Below, piece by piece: positions 16,095 to 25,328 of a stretch of DNA of 35,874 nucleotides. The translations under genes and the position numbers were made by a program. Source of the stretch: a virus (lineage: Duplodnaviria; Caudoviricetes). Where the stretch lies: IMG/VR virus record IMGVR_UViG_3300025875_000070, positions 1 to 35,874 of that record, one strand, 5' to 3'. Position 1 is the first letter of the stretch, and the number at the start of each line of letters is the position of its first letter. The notes beneath the pieces are model-generated. The model was not told the DNA's origin and did no database searches. It saw nothing but the letters and a program-made list of their open reading frames with translations.

Positions 16095-17732
16095 CTAGAT
16101 TGTGGTGACGATACGGTCAAGTAGGGCCTGCGCTTCGGCTCGCTTCAAGGCGAGAGCGCTTAGCACGTCCACCCCGAACGAATGGTAAAAGCGACGCTGT
16201 ATCATGCTATCGGTTTCGCCCGCGCCATGCCATTTGCCGCCCCATGCCGCCATTGCTTCGCGAAGTGTGGCGAGCGTTTCGAGCCGATCGGCATGGCGCT
16301 TGACGTTCCCCATAACTCCCGCCGTATGGAGGCCGGTTTGCTGCAGGCGCCAGCGTTCTTCCTCTAGCGGCAGCGTGGCTTGCGTCATGGCGGAGCGCAG
16401 CTTTTCCAGCAACTCGGGCGACATTTCCGCTAGATCCCCGTCGACCATTCCCGGCGCCGATCGGCTGGCCGGCGCATGGTAAAAGCCGCAGTGGGGGCAT
16501 TCGCGGTGCTTGGCCTCAAAAGGCTCGAAACATTCCAAGCACACGCGCAAGGGCAGCGCGTCGACGGCACTTTTCGACCCGCTACGCTCCCCACTGTTGA
16601 GCGTCCATTGCCGCGGCCGATCGGGCAGGCCGACATGGGGCTGCAGCAGGTTGCCCACGTGGTCGATTATCAACGCTTCCTTTTTGCCGGGCAGGACACG
16701 AAGGGCGCGGCCGAATTGCTGCATTATTAGCGCCAAGGATTTGGACGGGCGGGCAAAACTTACGGCTTCGATCGCCGGAAGGTCGAAACCCTCGCTGATA
16801 ATGTCGACCGCAACGATTTCGTCCAGTTCCCCGCACTCGAATTTGCGAATAATAGCCCGGCGTACGGCGTCTTGCGTTTTCCCCGTGAGGCATTCGGCGC
16901 GCACCCCGGCAGCACGGTATGCGGCGGCCATTTTTTGCGCGGTCTCCACGTCAGTTGCGAACGTGACGTGGCGAAGGCCCTTTGCGAACCGGAGATAATT
17001 TTGCACCACGTCACCCACGATATGCGATCGTGCGGATGCATCGCGCAGCACGGCCGTTGACCAGTCGCCGGACGCGGATACGGCCTTATCGAGCACGTCT
17101 AGGTCGCTTTTGACGCAAACGATGCGGTAATCGGTAAGGTGGCCCTGGTCGATAAGCCACCGCATCGGCGGCGCCTCCACCATTACGTCGGCGATACCGT
17201 CGGCATGGCGGCCCAATCCTTTGCCGTCGGCCCGCTCGGGGGTAGCGGTAGGTAGCAGGCCCCGCCGGTGGGGATGCGTGAACTTGTCGAGCGCGCGCCC
17301 CCATTTGTTGCCCCGAATGACGTGGTGCCCCTCGTCGGGAATGGTAAGAGTAACTTGCTTTTCCCAACTAGGATCATCCCGCCGCACCAGCGTATCGACC
17401 GAAGCCACCGCCGCGCGGGCCGACGGCGTGTGGAAGCACGTCCCATATTCCGCCACGTGCTGCGCGGCGATCGCCCGGATTGTGGCGTCAGCGGCAATGA
17501 TGTTGTGCCGCACGCCATACCCGGCAAGCGTCATGCTGATTTGCGAGACCAACTCTTGCCGATGCGCGATTACGGCGGAGGCGCCTGGGTGCTGTTCGAC
17601 CAGGTGGCCAAGGCAAACCGTCTTGCCGAAGCCCGTTGAAGCCACCCCGCATACGTCCCGCGCCCCGTTATTCCACGCACCGTGTACGTCGCCCAAAAAG
17701 TCCGATTGATCCTTACGAAGTGCGTATTTCAT
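16095..17732 (-). CDS. Superfamily 2 (DEAD/DEAH-like) helicase with a C-terminal zinc finger
   Basis: STGFGKT, DEGHH, TATPER, SEGFDLP, QQFGRALR, IIDHVGN and CLEC...CPHCG. Confidence 0.93.
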   Translation of the reverse strand: MKYALRKDQSDFLGDVHGAWNNGARDVCGVASTGFGKTVCLGHLVEQHPGASAVIAHRQELVSQISMTLAGYGVRHNIIAADATIRAIAAQHVAEYGTCFHTPSARAAVASVDTLVRRDDPSWEKQVTLTIPDEGHHVIRGNKWGRALDKFTHPHRRGLLPTATPERADGKGLGRHADGIADVMVEAPPMRWLIDQGHLTDYRIVCVKSDLDVLDKAVSASGDWSTAVLRDASARSHIVGDVVQNYLRFAKGLRHVTFATDVETAQKMAAAYRAAGVRAECLTGKTQDAVRRAIIRKFECGELDEIVAVDIISEGFDLPAIEAVSFARPSKSLALIMQQFGRALRVLPGKKEALIIDHVGNLLQPHVGLPDRPRQWTLNSGERSGSKSAVDALPLRVCLECFEPFEAKHRECPHCGFYHAPASRSAPGMVDGDLAEMSPELLEKLRSAMTQATLPLEEERWRLQQTGLHTAGVMGNVKRHADRLETLATLREAMAAWGGKWHGAGETDSMIQRRFYHSFGVDVLSALALKRAEAQALLDRIVTTI

Positions 17733-17737
17733 ATTTT

Positions 17738-17779
17738 CGCCTAAAGGGTGTTGACGGAGCCGTCATGCAAGCTTAGGTG
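17738..17779. promoter_or_regulatory. Bidirectional promoter built on palindrome copy 7 (17751-17766)
   Basis: TTGACGGAGCCGTCAT. On the + strand TTGACG-17-TAGGTG; on the - strand ATGACG-17-TAGGCG, then 5 nt to the helicase ATG. Confidence 0.75.
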
Positions 17780-17812
17780 GCAGGCGTCAACCCGAGAAAA
17801 GGAAACGACACA

Positions 17813-18631
17813 ATGCAAATTCAGTTCGATCCGCGGGACAAAGATGCGTGCGCTTCGGTGCTTACGTGCATCTTTGCCATGTACCCCGACCTCGCCACGA
17901 TTGGTTCCAAATTTATCGCCGACGGCGGTTTGGAAGCGGACCCGGCCGAAGCGTTCGGCGGTACGCAGGCCCCTTTTACCTCACGGGCCGATACTGCGGC
18001 CATGACGTCAACTCCGCCACCTGCCTCGACTGCGGCGCAATCGGCTTCGTCTGACGACGATAGCGAGGAAGGCGATACGGCCGCCCCGGCTGGCGTCGAC
18101 GTGGACACAAGCGGCCTGCCATGGGACAAGCGCATTCACGCGGGCGACGAAGGCAATAAGATCACTACAAAAGACGGTTCGTGGCGTAAGCGCCGCGGCG
18201 TTGATGATGCAACCGTGGCCGAAGTGGAAGCCCAATTGCGCCAGGTGATGGCGGCCCCGGTTCCTGCGGCGCCTCCCGCGCTGGACGGCCAAACAAGCGT
18301 CATGGCTCCCGCCCCAAACGTACCTACTGCCGCCTCACCGGAACCGGCCCCTGCGGCGGCCCCGGTGCCTGCCCCTCCTGCGCCCGCGCCTACGCCCGAG
18401 CCTGCCGCCATGGCGTCTGGACCGGCCGCTGCCACGCCTGCACCTGATGGCGAAATGACGTTCCCGACGCTCATGCGCAAAATCACGGGGTTGCAGTCGT
18501 CCGGCGTCCTTACCACCCAGGCGACCAACGATATTGCGGCATCGCTCGGCCTCACCAGCATTCGCGACCTGGTGAACAGGCCCGATATGGTGGCTTCGTT
18601 CGCCGCCCTCTTGCCGGCTGGTGACGCATGA
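17813..18631 (+). CDS. Conserved phage protein (LPWDxRIH type) with a Pro/Ala-rich linker
   Basis: Start MQIQFD at 17813 after AAAGGA; DTSGLPWDKRIH...KDGSWRKRRGVD. Confidence 0.75.
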   Translation: MQIQFDPRDKDACASVLTCIFAMYPDLATIGSKFIADGGLEADPAEAFGGTQAPFTSRADTAAMTSTPPPASTAAQSASSDDDSEEGDTAAPAGVDVDTSGLPWDKRIHAGDEGNKITTKDGSWRKRRGVDDATVAEVEAQLRQVMAAPVPAAPPALDGQTSVMAPAPNVPTAASPEPAPAAAPVPAPPAPAPTPEPAAMASGPAAATPAPDGEMTFPTLMRKITGLQSSGVLTTQATNDIAASLGLTSIRDLVNRPDMVASFAALLPAGDA

Positions 18632-18822
18632 TGGGCCTGCGTGAAATCGCCCGCCGTGCGCGCCAGGCGAAGCGCGACAAGCTGAACCGGGCCAACCGGG
18701 CAAAGCGAGAACGATACGACGCGCAGGGTTTCGGCGTGCCCTGCGGGTTCCAGCCCTACGCCCGAACGGTCGATTGCCCCAAGTACGGGCTGTCGCGGCG
18801 CGGTCGAAAGATCCTGCTGTGA
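18628..18822 (+). CDS. Small basic hypothetical protein
   Basis: 4-bp overlaps with both neighbours. Confidence 0.55.
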   Translation: MMGLREIARRARQAKRDKLNRANRAKRERYDAQGFGVPCGFQPYARTVDCPKYGLSRRGRKILL

Positions 18823-19955
18823 CGTTGCCAACCGGCGAAGCGCACGCCGTACTGGCGCCTAGCAGCGCGCATATCTGGTCGGTTTGTGCGGCGTCGGTCG
18901 GCCTTCGCCAGCGCTACCCGGAACCCGACGACACAGACGAAGCACGGGAAGGCACCGCAGCGCATTGGTACGTCGCGGAATTGCTAAACGGCCGGGATAT
19001 GGCGCCGGGAACCCTTGCGCCCAACGGCGTGCCTATTAATGCCGAAATGGTCGATTGCGCGCAGGGCATCCTGGTCGACGTGCGCGACACGTTGAAGGCA
19101 GCAAGCCCAGGCTCGCAACTGCACGTGGAAAGTCGCGTCAATATGCCGATCGTCCATGAACAGAATTGGGGTACGCCTGACGTTCAGATAATCGATACGG
19201 CTCGTAAGGCCCTTCATATTTGGGACTATAAGTACGGGCATCGGTTCGTTGACGCGGCCGAAAACCTGCAGCTTATAGATTACGCGATCGGGGGCATGTA
19301 CGAGTTTTCGGCATACGACTGGCCCAATTGGGCGATCACACTAAGCGTTGCCCAGCCGCGTAATTACGATCGGCACGGGCAGGTACGGGAATGGCGCACT
19401 ACGGGTGAGGCTTTGCTGGACCATTACCGCCCTATGCTGGCGGCGGCCGCTACCGAAGCCATGGGTCGCAACCCGGCTTTCCAGACGGGTGACCACTGCC
19501 GCGATTGCAGCGGGCGGCACGCGTGCCCCGCGCTGCAACGTGCCGGGGCGATTGCCATGGACGTTTCGCTGCGGGGCCATCCGGTCGACCTTCCCCCGCA
19601 TGCCGTGGGGCTGGAACTGCGGCAGATTGATGATGCCCTATCCCGCCTTAAAGCCCGTAAAACGGGACTTGAGGAACAGGCTTTGGGCTTGATCCGATCG
19701 GGAACGACGGTGCCCTTCTTCGGCGCGCAGCATGCGGTCGGCCGGGAGCGGTGGAAAGTGCCGGTTGCCGAAGCCCTCGCATTGGGCGAATTGTACGGCG
19801 TGGACTTGCGCAAGCCGGCCGAACCGATCACGCCTAACCAGGCGCGTAAATTGGGAATTGACGAAGCGGTCATTTCCGAATATGCCGAACGGCCACGCGG
19901 CGCCGTACGGTTGGAACGCATGGACGACAACGCCGCCAGATTGGCATTTGAGTAG
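18819..19955 (+). CDS. Cas4-like PD-(D/E)xK exonuclease (DUF2800)
   Basis: HAVLAPSSAHIWSVC, EGTAAH, WGTPD, DYKYG, QPR and GDHCRDC...CP (split four-Cys motif); probable GTG start at 18819. Confidence 0.88.
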   Translation: MTLPTGEAHAVLAPSSAHIWSVCAASVGLRQRYPEPDDTDEAREGTAAHWYVAELLNGRDMAPGTLAPNGVPINAEMVDCAQGILVDVRDTLKAASPGSQLHVESRVNMPIVHEQNWGTPDVQIIDTARKALHIWDYKYGHRFVDAAENLQLIDYAIGGMYEFSAYDWPNWAITLSVAQPRNYDRHGQVREWRTTGEALLDHYRPMLAAAATEAMGRNPAFQTGDHCRDCSGRHACPALQRAGAIAMDVSLRGHPVDLPPHAVGLELRQIDDALSRLKARKTGLEEQALGLIRSGTTVPFFGAQHAVGRERWKVPVAEALALGELYGVDLRKPAEPITPNQARKLGIDEAVISEYAERPRGAVRLERMDDNAARLAFE

Positions 19956-19966
19956 GAAAATCAGCA

Positions 19967-21016
19967 ATGACAAAAGAACGTTTCACCACCCCCTATCTTC
20001 GGTTCGTCCAGGGCGACACAGATGAAGCGCAAACCAAGGATGCCGCGGGCAATCTTCGCGTAGTCAAGAGCGGCCCCAATGCCGGGCAGCCGAACCCGCA
20101 ATGGTTCGTTGCCGGCGCTATCGCCAAAAACGATCCGGCTTGGCCTGCCTATTGGGCGCAGGTGGCCACAAAGGCGGCGCAGGACTTCCCTGCGTTCTTT
20201 CCGCAGGGCGCGGCGCCGATCATCGCTGCCGGCGGTCCGGCGGGTCCTTTCCCGCAGGGCTCGCTTATGCACCCTCGCTTTTCCTTCAAGATCGTGGACG
20301 GCGACGGGCTGGACGACAACGGCAAGTCTAATGCTGCCAAGCCGGGTTTCGCGGGCCATTGGGTCATTCGCTTCGGCACCGGTTACGCTCCTAAGCTGTT
20401 CCATGCGGGCCGCTATTCGCCACAGGATCAGATTCAGGAGAATGGCGTATTTAAGCGCGGATACTTTATCCGTGTGTCGGGCACCATGGAAGGCAACGGC
20501 GACACGCAACGGCCCGGCATGTATCTCAACATGGACATGGTGGAATTGTCGGCCATCTGCCCGCCTGACCAGTTGATCGTCGGCGGCCCGGATGCGGGTG
20601 AGGCGTTCGGCGGCGCCCCGGCTGGCGCGTTGCCCCCCGGCGCGCAGGCGTTCACTGCGCCCGCGGGCAACGCGCCTTCGCCGGCTGCGCCACCTACGAA
20701 TGCCCCGGCCCCGGCGACGACTTCTGCCCCATCACCGGCTGCGGCACCTGCCCCTTCTAGCCCACCGGCCGCGCCGTATGCCGGTTTCATCCCGGCGGGA
20801 AACGATGCGCCGGCTGCGGCTGCCCCGTCCCCCCAACCCGCACCGGCCACTCCGGCAGCACCTTCTGCCCCGGCTGTGACGCCATCCCTTACTAGCCCGG
20901 CGGCCGCACCGGCTCGTGCCATGTTGCCCGCCGCTGGCGGTGCTACGTACGAAGCGATGATCGCCGCCGGGTGGACCGACGAAACGCTGGTGGCCCACGG
21001 GATGATGGCCGCCTAA
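19967..21016 (+). CDS. Phage single-stranded DNA-binding protein (DUF2815/gp2.5-like)
   Basis: Located between DUF2800 and PolA; FSFKIVDGD, GHWVI, RGYFIRV and GMYLN; Pro/Ala linker and a C-terminal 31-aa module. Confidence 0.75.
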   Translation: MTKERFTTPYLRFVQGDTDEAQTKDAAGNLRVVKSGPNAGQPNPQWFVAGAIAKNDPAWPAYWAQVATKAAQDFPAFFPQGAAPIIAAGGPAGPFPQGSLMHPRFSFKIVDGDGLDDNGKSNAAKPGFAGHWVIRFGTGYAPKLFHAGRYSPQDQIQENGVFKRGYFIRVSGTMEGNGDTQRPGMYLNMDMVELSAICPPDQLIVGGPDAGEAFGGAPAGALPPGAQAFTAPAGNAPSPAAPPTNAPAPATTSAPSPAAAPAPSSPPAAPYAGFIPAGNDAPAAAAPSPQPAPATPAAPSAPAVTPSLTSPAAAPARAMLPAAGGATYEAMIAAGWTDETLVAHGMMAA

Positions 21017-21023
21017 CGAGACA

Positions 21024-21104
21024 ACCGCCGCGCCCACCCCTCTCCCGGGGCGCGGCGGTAACTTAGGGGGCGGCTTTGAACCCCCCCGCCGCCCCCTTTT
21101 TTTT
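21024..21104 (+). terminator. Tandem hairpins ending in an intrinsic terminator
   Basis: ACCGCCGCGCCC/GGGCGCGGCGGT (21024-21059), then GGGGGCGGC/GCCGCCCCC (21066-21096) followed by T8. Confidence 0.8.
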
Positions 21105-21117
21105 AGGAATTGACGCT

Positions 21118-21468
21118 ATGCCCAAAATGCTGCCCGCTGCGGGGGAACACACGTACGAACAATTCAAAGCGACCGGTTGGGCCGACGAACAGCTTGTGGC
21201 AGCCGGCTATATGGCGCCCGAAACGTCTATGGCGGCTGCGGCAACTGACGATCGCTTGCGACTGTTGCTCGAACGGGTCGAACGGCTCGCGGAAGAAAAG
21301 AAGGCGATTGCCGACGATATGCGGGACGTGTTTGCCGAAGCCAAGGCGGTTGGGTATGATATCAAAATCATGCGCGAAATCCTCAAATTGCGCAAAATGA
21401 AGCCCGACGACCGGGCCGAAATGGACGCCCTGCTAGAAACGTACCGCAATGCTGTGGGGCTCGGGTGA
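21118..21468 (+). CDS. gapR: GapR (DUF2312) nucleoid-associated protein with an N-terminal extension
   Basis: LRLLLERVERLAEEKKAIADDMRDVFAEAKAVGYDIKIMREILKLRKM...ALLETYRNAVG is the GapR signature; ATG at 21118 after AGGA. Confidence 0.92.
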   Translation: MPKMLPAAGEHTYEQFKATGWADEQLVAAGYMAPETSMAAAATDDRLRLLLERVERLAEEKKAIADDMRDVFAEAKAVGYDIKIMREILKLRKMKPDDRAEMDALLETYRNAVGLG

Positions 21469-23732
21469 AGTACCTGCCAACCTTTGATTTCGAAACATAT
21501 TCAGAAGCCGGCTACGTATGGGAGGCGCCAAGCGATAAGAAACCGCTCGGCTACTGGACGTGCCTGCCGAACGCTCCGCAAGGCAAGAAAGGCCTCCCGA
21601 TCGTGGGGGCATCCGTTTATTCAGAGCATCCGACCGCGGAGATCCTTTGCCTGCGTTACGACATTCGCGGCGACCACAACCCGACCTTGTGGGCGCCCGG
21701 AATGCCGGCCCCTGCCGACCTGTTCGCCTACCTAGCTAGCGGCGGGATAATCGAAGCGCATAATGCGATGTTTGAGCGGTTGATATGGGAAAACGTGGCG
21801 GTGCCGAAGTACGGCTGGCCCGCCCTGAACCCCTACCAACTGCGCTGCAGCATGGCCACGGCGCGGGTTAATAACCTGCCCGGCGCGCTGGAAAAGCTAG
21901 GCGACGTGCTGGCGGTCGAGACGAAGAAAGATAAGGACGGCAAGCGGCTGCTGTCGAAGTTCAGCATCCCGCGCAATCCGACGAAGGGCGACCCGCGATC
22001 GCGCATCCGGCCCGGGGACGACCCGGCCGATGCCGATCGCCTTTACAGCTATTGCGGTGACGATGTGCGCAGCGAGCAAGAATGCGCTGCACGGATGGAG
22101 CCCATGAGCCCCGCCGAGTTGGAATTTTGGCAAATCGACCAGGAGATTAACCACCGGGGGCTAGGTATCGATCGCAAAGGCGTGCGCGATTGCATCACCG
22201 TGCTTAACCAGGCTATCGGGCAATATGGCGATGAATGCGTGCGGATTACGGGAGGCCTGGAAGCCGGTCAGCTACAGGAAATTCGCGGGTGGCTCTCCGC
22301 GCAGGGCGTCTCACTGCCGGATATGCAAGCCGATACAATCGAAATGAAGCTGCGTGACCCGTCGCTGCCGCCGCTCGCGCGCCGCGTGCTTGAGATACGA
22401 TCGCTGATCGGGTCCGCCAGCGTTAAAAAGCTGTTCGCGATGGAGTACCAGGCGAACCGCAACGACCGGCTGCAAAACTTGATCGTACACCACGGCGCGC
22501 GCACCGGGCGGCCGACCGGCGAAGGCCCGCAGCCGCTTAATTTGCCCAAGGCCGGGCCGAAGCTGGTTACGTGTGGCGCCTGTAATCGCCCCCACCGGCA
22601 CGACACGAACGCTTGTCCGTGGTGCAATGTCCCCTGCCCGCCGATCGAGCGCAAGCGGGTCTGGAAACCCGACATGGTGCCCCACGTGCTCGAAGTGATG
22701 GGCTCGCGCGTGCTTGGGCTGGTTGAGTTCTTTTTCGGTGACGCCATGCTGGCTATCCAGGGCTGCGTACGGGGGCTGTTCCAGGCGGCCGAAGGGTACG
22801 ACCTGCTAGCGAGCGATTATAGCGCAATTGAAGCCGTGGTGGCCGCCATGATGGCTGGCGAGCAATGGCGTATCGACACGTTCCGCGCGCGCAAGGATAT
22901 TTACCTTTCGTCGGCGTCCAAGATTACGGGGCGCACATACGAAGAATACGAAGCGTACGCAGCCGCCCACGGCGATAACCACCCTGATCGGCAGGACATT
23001 GGCAAGGTGGCCGAACTGGCGCTCGGCTATGGCGGGTGGGAGGGCGCGTGGCGTGCGTTTGATCCGAATGAAGCGAACAAGCCCAGCGCGGAGATTGAAG
23101 GCATTATTCGGGCTTGGCGCGACGCCTCGCCGCGCATTGTGGCCTATTGGGGCGGCCAGCGGGTGCGCGACGGCTGGAAGTGGCGCGACGAGATGTTCGG
23201 GATCGAAGGGGCCGTAATCCAGGCGATCCAGCAGCCGGGGGTCGAATTCGTGCCCAATCCGCCTAGCACGGGCGACACAACGCCATTTCCCGTGCAGGTG
23301 CGGTTCGTGGTGCGGGACGATATTCTGCGTATGACGCTGCCCAGTGGCCGGGAGATTAAGTACCACGACCCGCGAGTGGAGCATTCGGCCAAACGGCCGG
23401 GGCAACTCGCCATTTCCTACATGACGTACAACACGAACCCCAAGTACGGCCCGATTGGATGGGTCCGCATGGACACGTGGGGCAGCCGGATTTTCGAGAA
23501 TGCCGACCAGGCGATTGCGCACGACATTTTGCGCTTTGCCATCATAAACCTGCGCGCCGCCGGGTACCCCACTGTGTTGCACGTCTATGACGAGATCATG
23601 GCGGAAATCCCGACCGGCACGGGCTCCATCGAACAGTTCGAAGCGATCATGGCCACCCTGCCGCCATGGGCCGCCGGCTGGCCCGTGCGGGCTGCGGGTG
23701 GTTGGCGCGGAAAAAGATACCGGAAGGGCTAG
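21465..23732 (+). CDS. Phage family A DNA polymerase with a 3'-5' exonuclease domain
   Basis: DFETYS and AHNAMFE (exonuclease); RTGR; motif A SDYSAIE; motif B RQDIGKVAELALGYGG; motif C LHVYDEI. Confidence 0.93.
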   Translation: MKYLPTFDFETYSEAGYVWEAPSDKKPLGYWTCLPNAPQGKKGLPIVGASVYSEHPTAEILCLRYDIRGDHNPTLWAPGMPAPADLFAYLASGGIIEAHNAMFERLIWENVAVPKYGWPALNPYQLRCSMATARVNNLPGALEKLGDVLAVETKKDKDGKRLLSKFSIPRNPTKGDPRSRIRPGDDPADADRLYSYCGDDVRSEQECAARMEPMSPAELEFWQIDQEINHRGLGIDRKGVRDCITVLNQAIGQYGDECVRITGGLEAGQLQEIRGWLSAQGVSLPDMQADTIEMKLRDPSLPPLARRVLEIRSLIGSASVKKLFAMEYQANRNDRLQNLIVHHGARTGRPTGEGPQPLNLPKAGPKLVTCGACNRPHRHDTNACPWCNVPCPPIERKRVWKPDMVPHVLEVMGSRVLGLVEFFFGDAMLAIQGCVRGLFQAAEGYDLLASDYSAIEAVVAAMMAGEQWRIDTFRARKDIYLSSASKITGRTYEEYEAYAAAHGDNHPDRQDIGKVAELALGYGGWEGAWRAFDPNEANKPSAEIEGIIRAWRDASPRIVAYWGGQRVRDGWKWRDEMFGIEGAVIQAIQQPGVEFVPNPPSTGDTTPFPVQVRFVVRDDILRMTLPSGREIKYHDPRVEHSAKRPGQLAISYMTYNTNPKYGPIGWVRMDTWGSRIFENADQAIAHDILRFAIINLRAAGYPTVLHVYDEIMAEIPTGTGSIEQFEAIMATLPPWAAGWPVRAAGGWRGKRYRKG

Positions 23733-23941
23733 CGCCCAGCAGCGGTGCCTAGCTTGTCCTGTAAGCGCGCGTGCAGCCGGTCATTCTCGGCGCGCAACCC
23801 CACCAAGCGTTCCTGCAGCGCCACCTGGTCCCGCTCGGACAGCGTGGAAGCGGCCGTATCGAACACGGCGCGCACGGCGGGAATGGCGGCCAGCACGGGG
23901 CCTAGGGCTCGGGCTGCGGCGATCATGGTTAGCGGGTCCAT
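23729..23941 (-). CDS. Small protein ending the lysis cassette (hydrophobic N-terminus, coiled coil)
   Basis: Start MDPLT at 23941 after GGGGAG; convergent with the polymerase stop. Confidence 0.6.
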   Translation of the reverse strand: MDPLTMIAAARALGPVLAAIPAVRAVFDTAASTLSERDQVALQERLVGLRAENDRLHARLQDKLGTAAGR

Positions 23942-23945
23942 TGTC

Positions 23946-24308
23946 TTACTCCCCATTCACGGCGAGCAAGGCGGCCGCCAGCGCTCGGCGGGCTTCGGTC
24001 TGCGCCGCCAGGTAGTTGGGCGCGTTGCCGGCGCCGTACGCGGCGCGGGTGGCGCGGACGGCCGAAAAAGCGCGATCCTCAAGCGCGGCTGCGTGCGCAG
24101 CGGCGGCACCCGTGAGCGCGCCCGCGTCGACCGCAGCTTCCAGCACTAGGCCAAGCGCCCGGTACGTGCTTTCGACGGCGATCGCGCCCTGTTCGTCCAG
24201 AAGGGTGGCGTCGGCAACCGTTACCGGCGCCGCGGGCAGCGTGAGGGCGGCACAACCGGCGAGGGCCAGTGAAGCATACGCTGCGGCAAAAAACGGACGG
24301 TGGCGCAT
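23946..24308 (-). CDS. Lipoprotein, possibly a spanin component
   Basis: MRHRPFFAAAYASLALAGC carries the lipobox LAGC; directly after the holin. Confidence 0.7.
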   Translation of the reverse strand: MRHRPFFAAAYASLALAGCAALTLPAAPVTVADATLLDEQGAIAVESTYRALGLVLEAAVDAGALTGAAAAHAAALEDRAFSAVRATRAAYGAGNAPNYLAAQTEARRALAAALLAVNGE

Positions 24309-24309
24309 A

Positions 24310-24576
24310 TCAAGGTGCTTTCGTGAGCGTGATTGCAGGAGCCGCCACCTGCGCCAGCCGCGCCCGCCCGGCAATCAAGTCGCCCAGCAGCGAGACGATC
24401 AAAACCAGGGCGTCGATAAGCGGGGCCAGTTCTTCGGCGGCGTAATCTACCGGATGGCCGAACAGGACCAGCGCGGCGAAAATTACCTTAAAGATGGCGG
24501 AAATGAGGGCGCCCACGATCACGCGGGATTGCCACCACGGCATGCTTTCGGGGTAACCCATAACTAGGTGCTCCAT
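24310..24576 (-). CDS. Putative holin
   Basis: PWWQSRVIVGALISA and two hydrophobic segments; overlaps the endolysin stop. Confidence 0.75.
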   Translation of the reverse strand: MEHLVMGYPESMPWWQSRVIVGALISAIFKVIFAALVLFGHPVDYAAEELAPLIDALVLIVSLLGDLIAGRARLAQVAAPAITLTKAP

Positions 24577-25328
24577 TTCTTGAAGGCGCGGGCAATCCGC
24601 ACGTTGTAGGGCGGATCATGCCGCCAATAGCCGCTGCCGTTGAACCCTTTCGCGAAGGGTATACAGGCCGCGTGATAGACGGAAATTCGTTGCAGGGCGG
24701 ATAGGAGTCCGGCGTTGCGAATGAACGCGGCAAAAGCGTCTAGGTGCGCGCGCTCGCTACGCCCCATAGCGGACCAGAACTGTTCGACCGTATCGAACCC
24801 GGCGAGTTTATGGTTAAACCCCATAATCTGCGCGCCCCCGACCGAAGCGGACCGCAAGGCGGCGAGTCGGTCCAATTCCATGGCAGCGTGAAGTCGCCCG
24901 TACTCACCCACCCCGCCGATATAAAGCGCGCGGTTCCAGGTTGGGGATGATACGTGAGGGTGCGATTTGTCAAACCGACCTTGGGTTTCACGGCTAAAAA
25001 CGTGAGCTTCGAAAAGGATCTTGGGCAGGTGTGGCCCGGTAAGGAAGCCGCCTGGCCCGTCTAGCGCAAGAATGTCGGCGCGCACGTCCGTAAACCAGCC
25101 GCCGCCACTCTCGACTTCCCATACGGCTCGAATTTGCGCCACGCTGCAGCCAAGGGAAGCGGCCGCCTCGGTGAAGTCTTGGCTTGTCAGCCCCACTTGC
25201 GGCACGTCATCTCGGGGGAGCCCCATTGCGTCCGCCAAGGCATCGAACGCCGGGATATGCTCGGGCAGTAGCTTACCCCCGGGGCCGAAGGGCCGGACAG
25301 CAGCGGCGAGAAGGGCTCGGGGCGTCAT
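24564..25328 (-). CDS. Endolysin, N-acetylmuramidase (DUF3380 family)
   Basis: AVWEVESGG, PKILFEAHVF, ALRSASVGGAQIMGFNH and FAKGFNG. Confidence 0.9.
   Translation of the reverse strand: MTPRALLAAAVRPFGPGGKLLPEHIPAFDALADAMGLPRDDVPQVGLTSQDFTEAAASLGCSVAQIRAVWEVESGGGWFTDVRADILALDGPGGFLTGPHLPKILFEAHVFSRETQGRFDKSHPHVSSPTWNRALYIGGVGEYGRLHAAMELDRLAALRSASVGGAQIMGFNHKLAGFDTVEQFWSAMGRSERAHLDAFAAFIRNAGLLSALQRISVYHAACIPFAKGFNGSGYWRHDPPYNVRIARAFKKWST

Noticed and set aside
18819-19955. Cas4-like gene as evidence of a CRISPR-Cas system
   Set aside because: No repeat-spacer array or other cas genes; DUF2800 beside SSB and PolA is a standard phage replication module.
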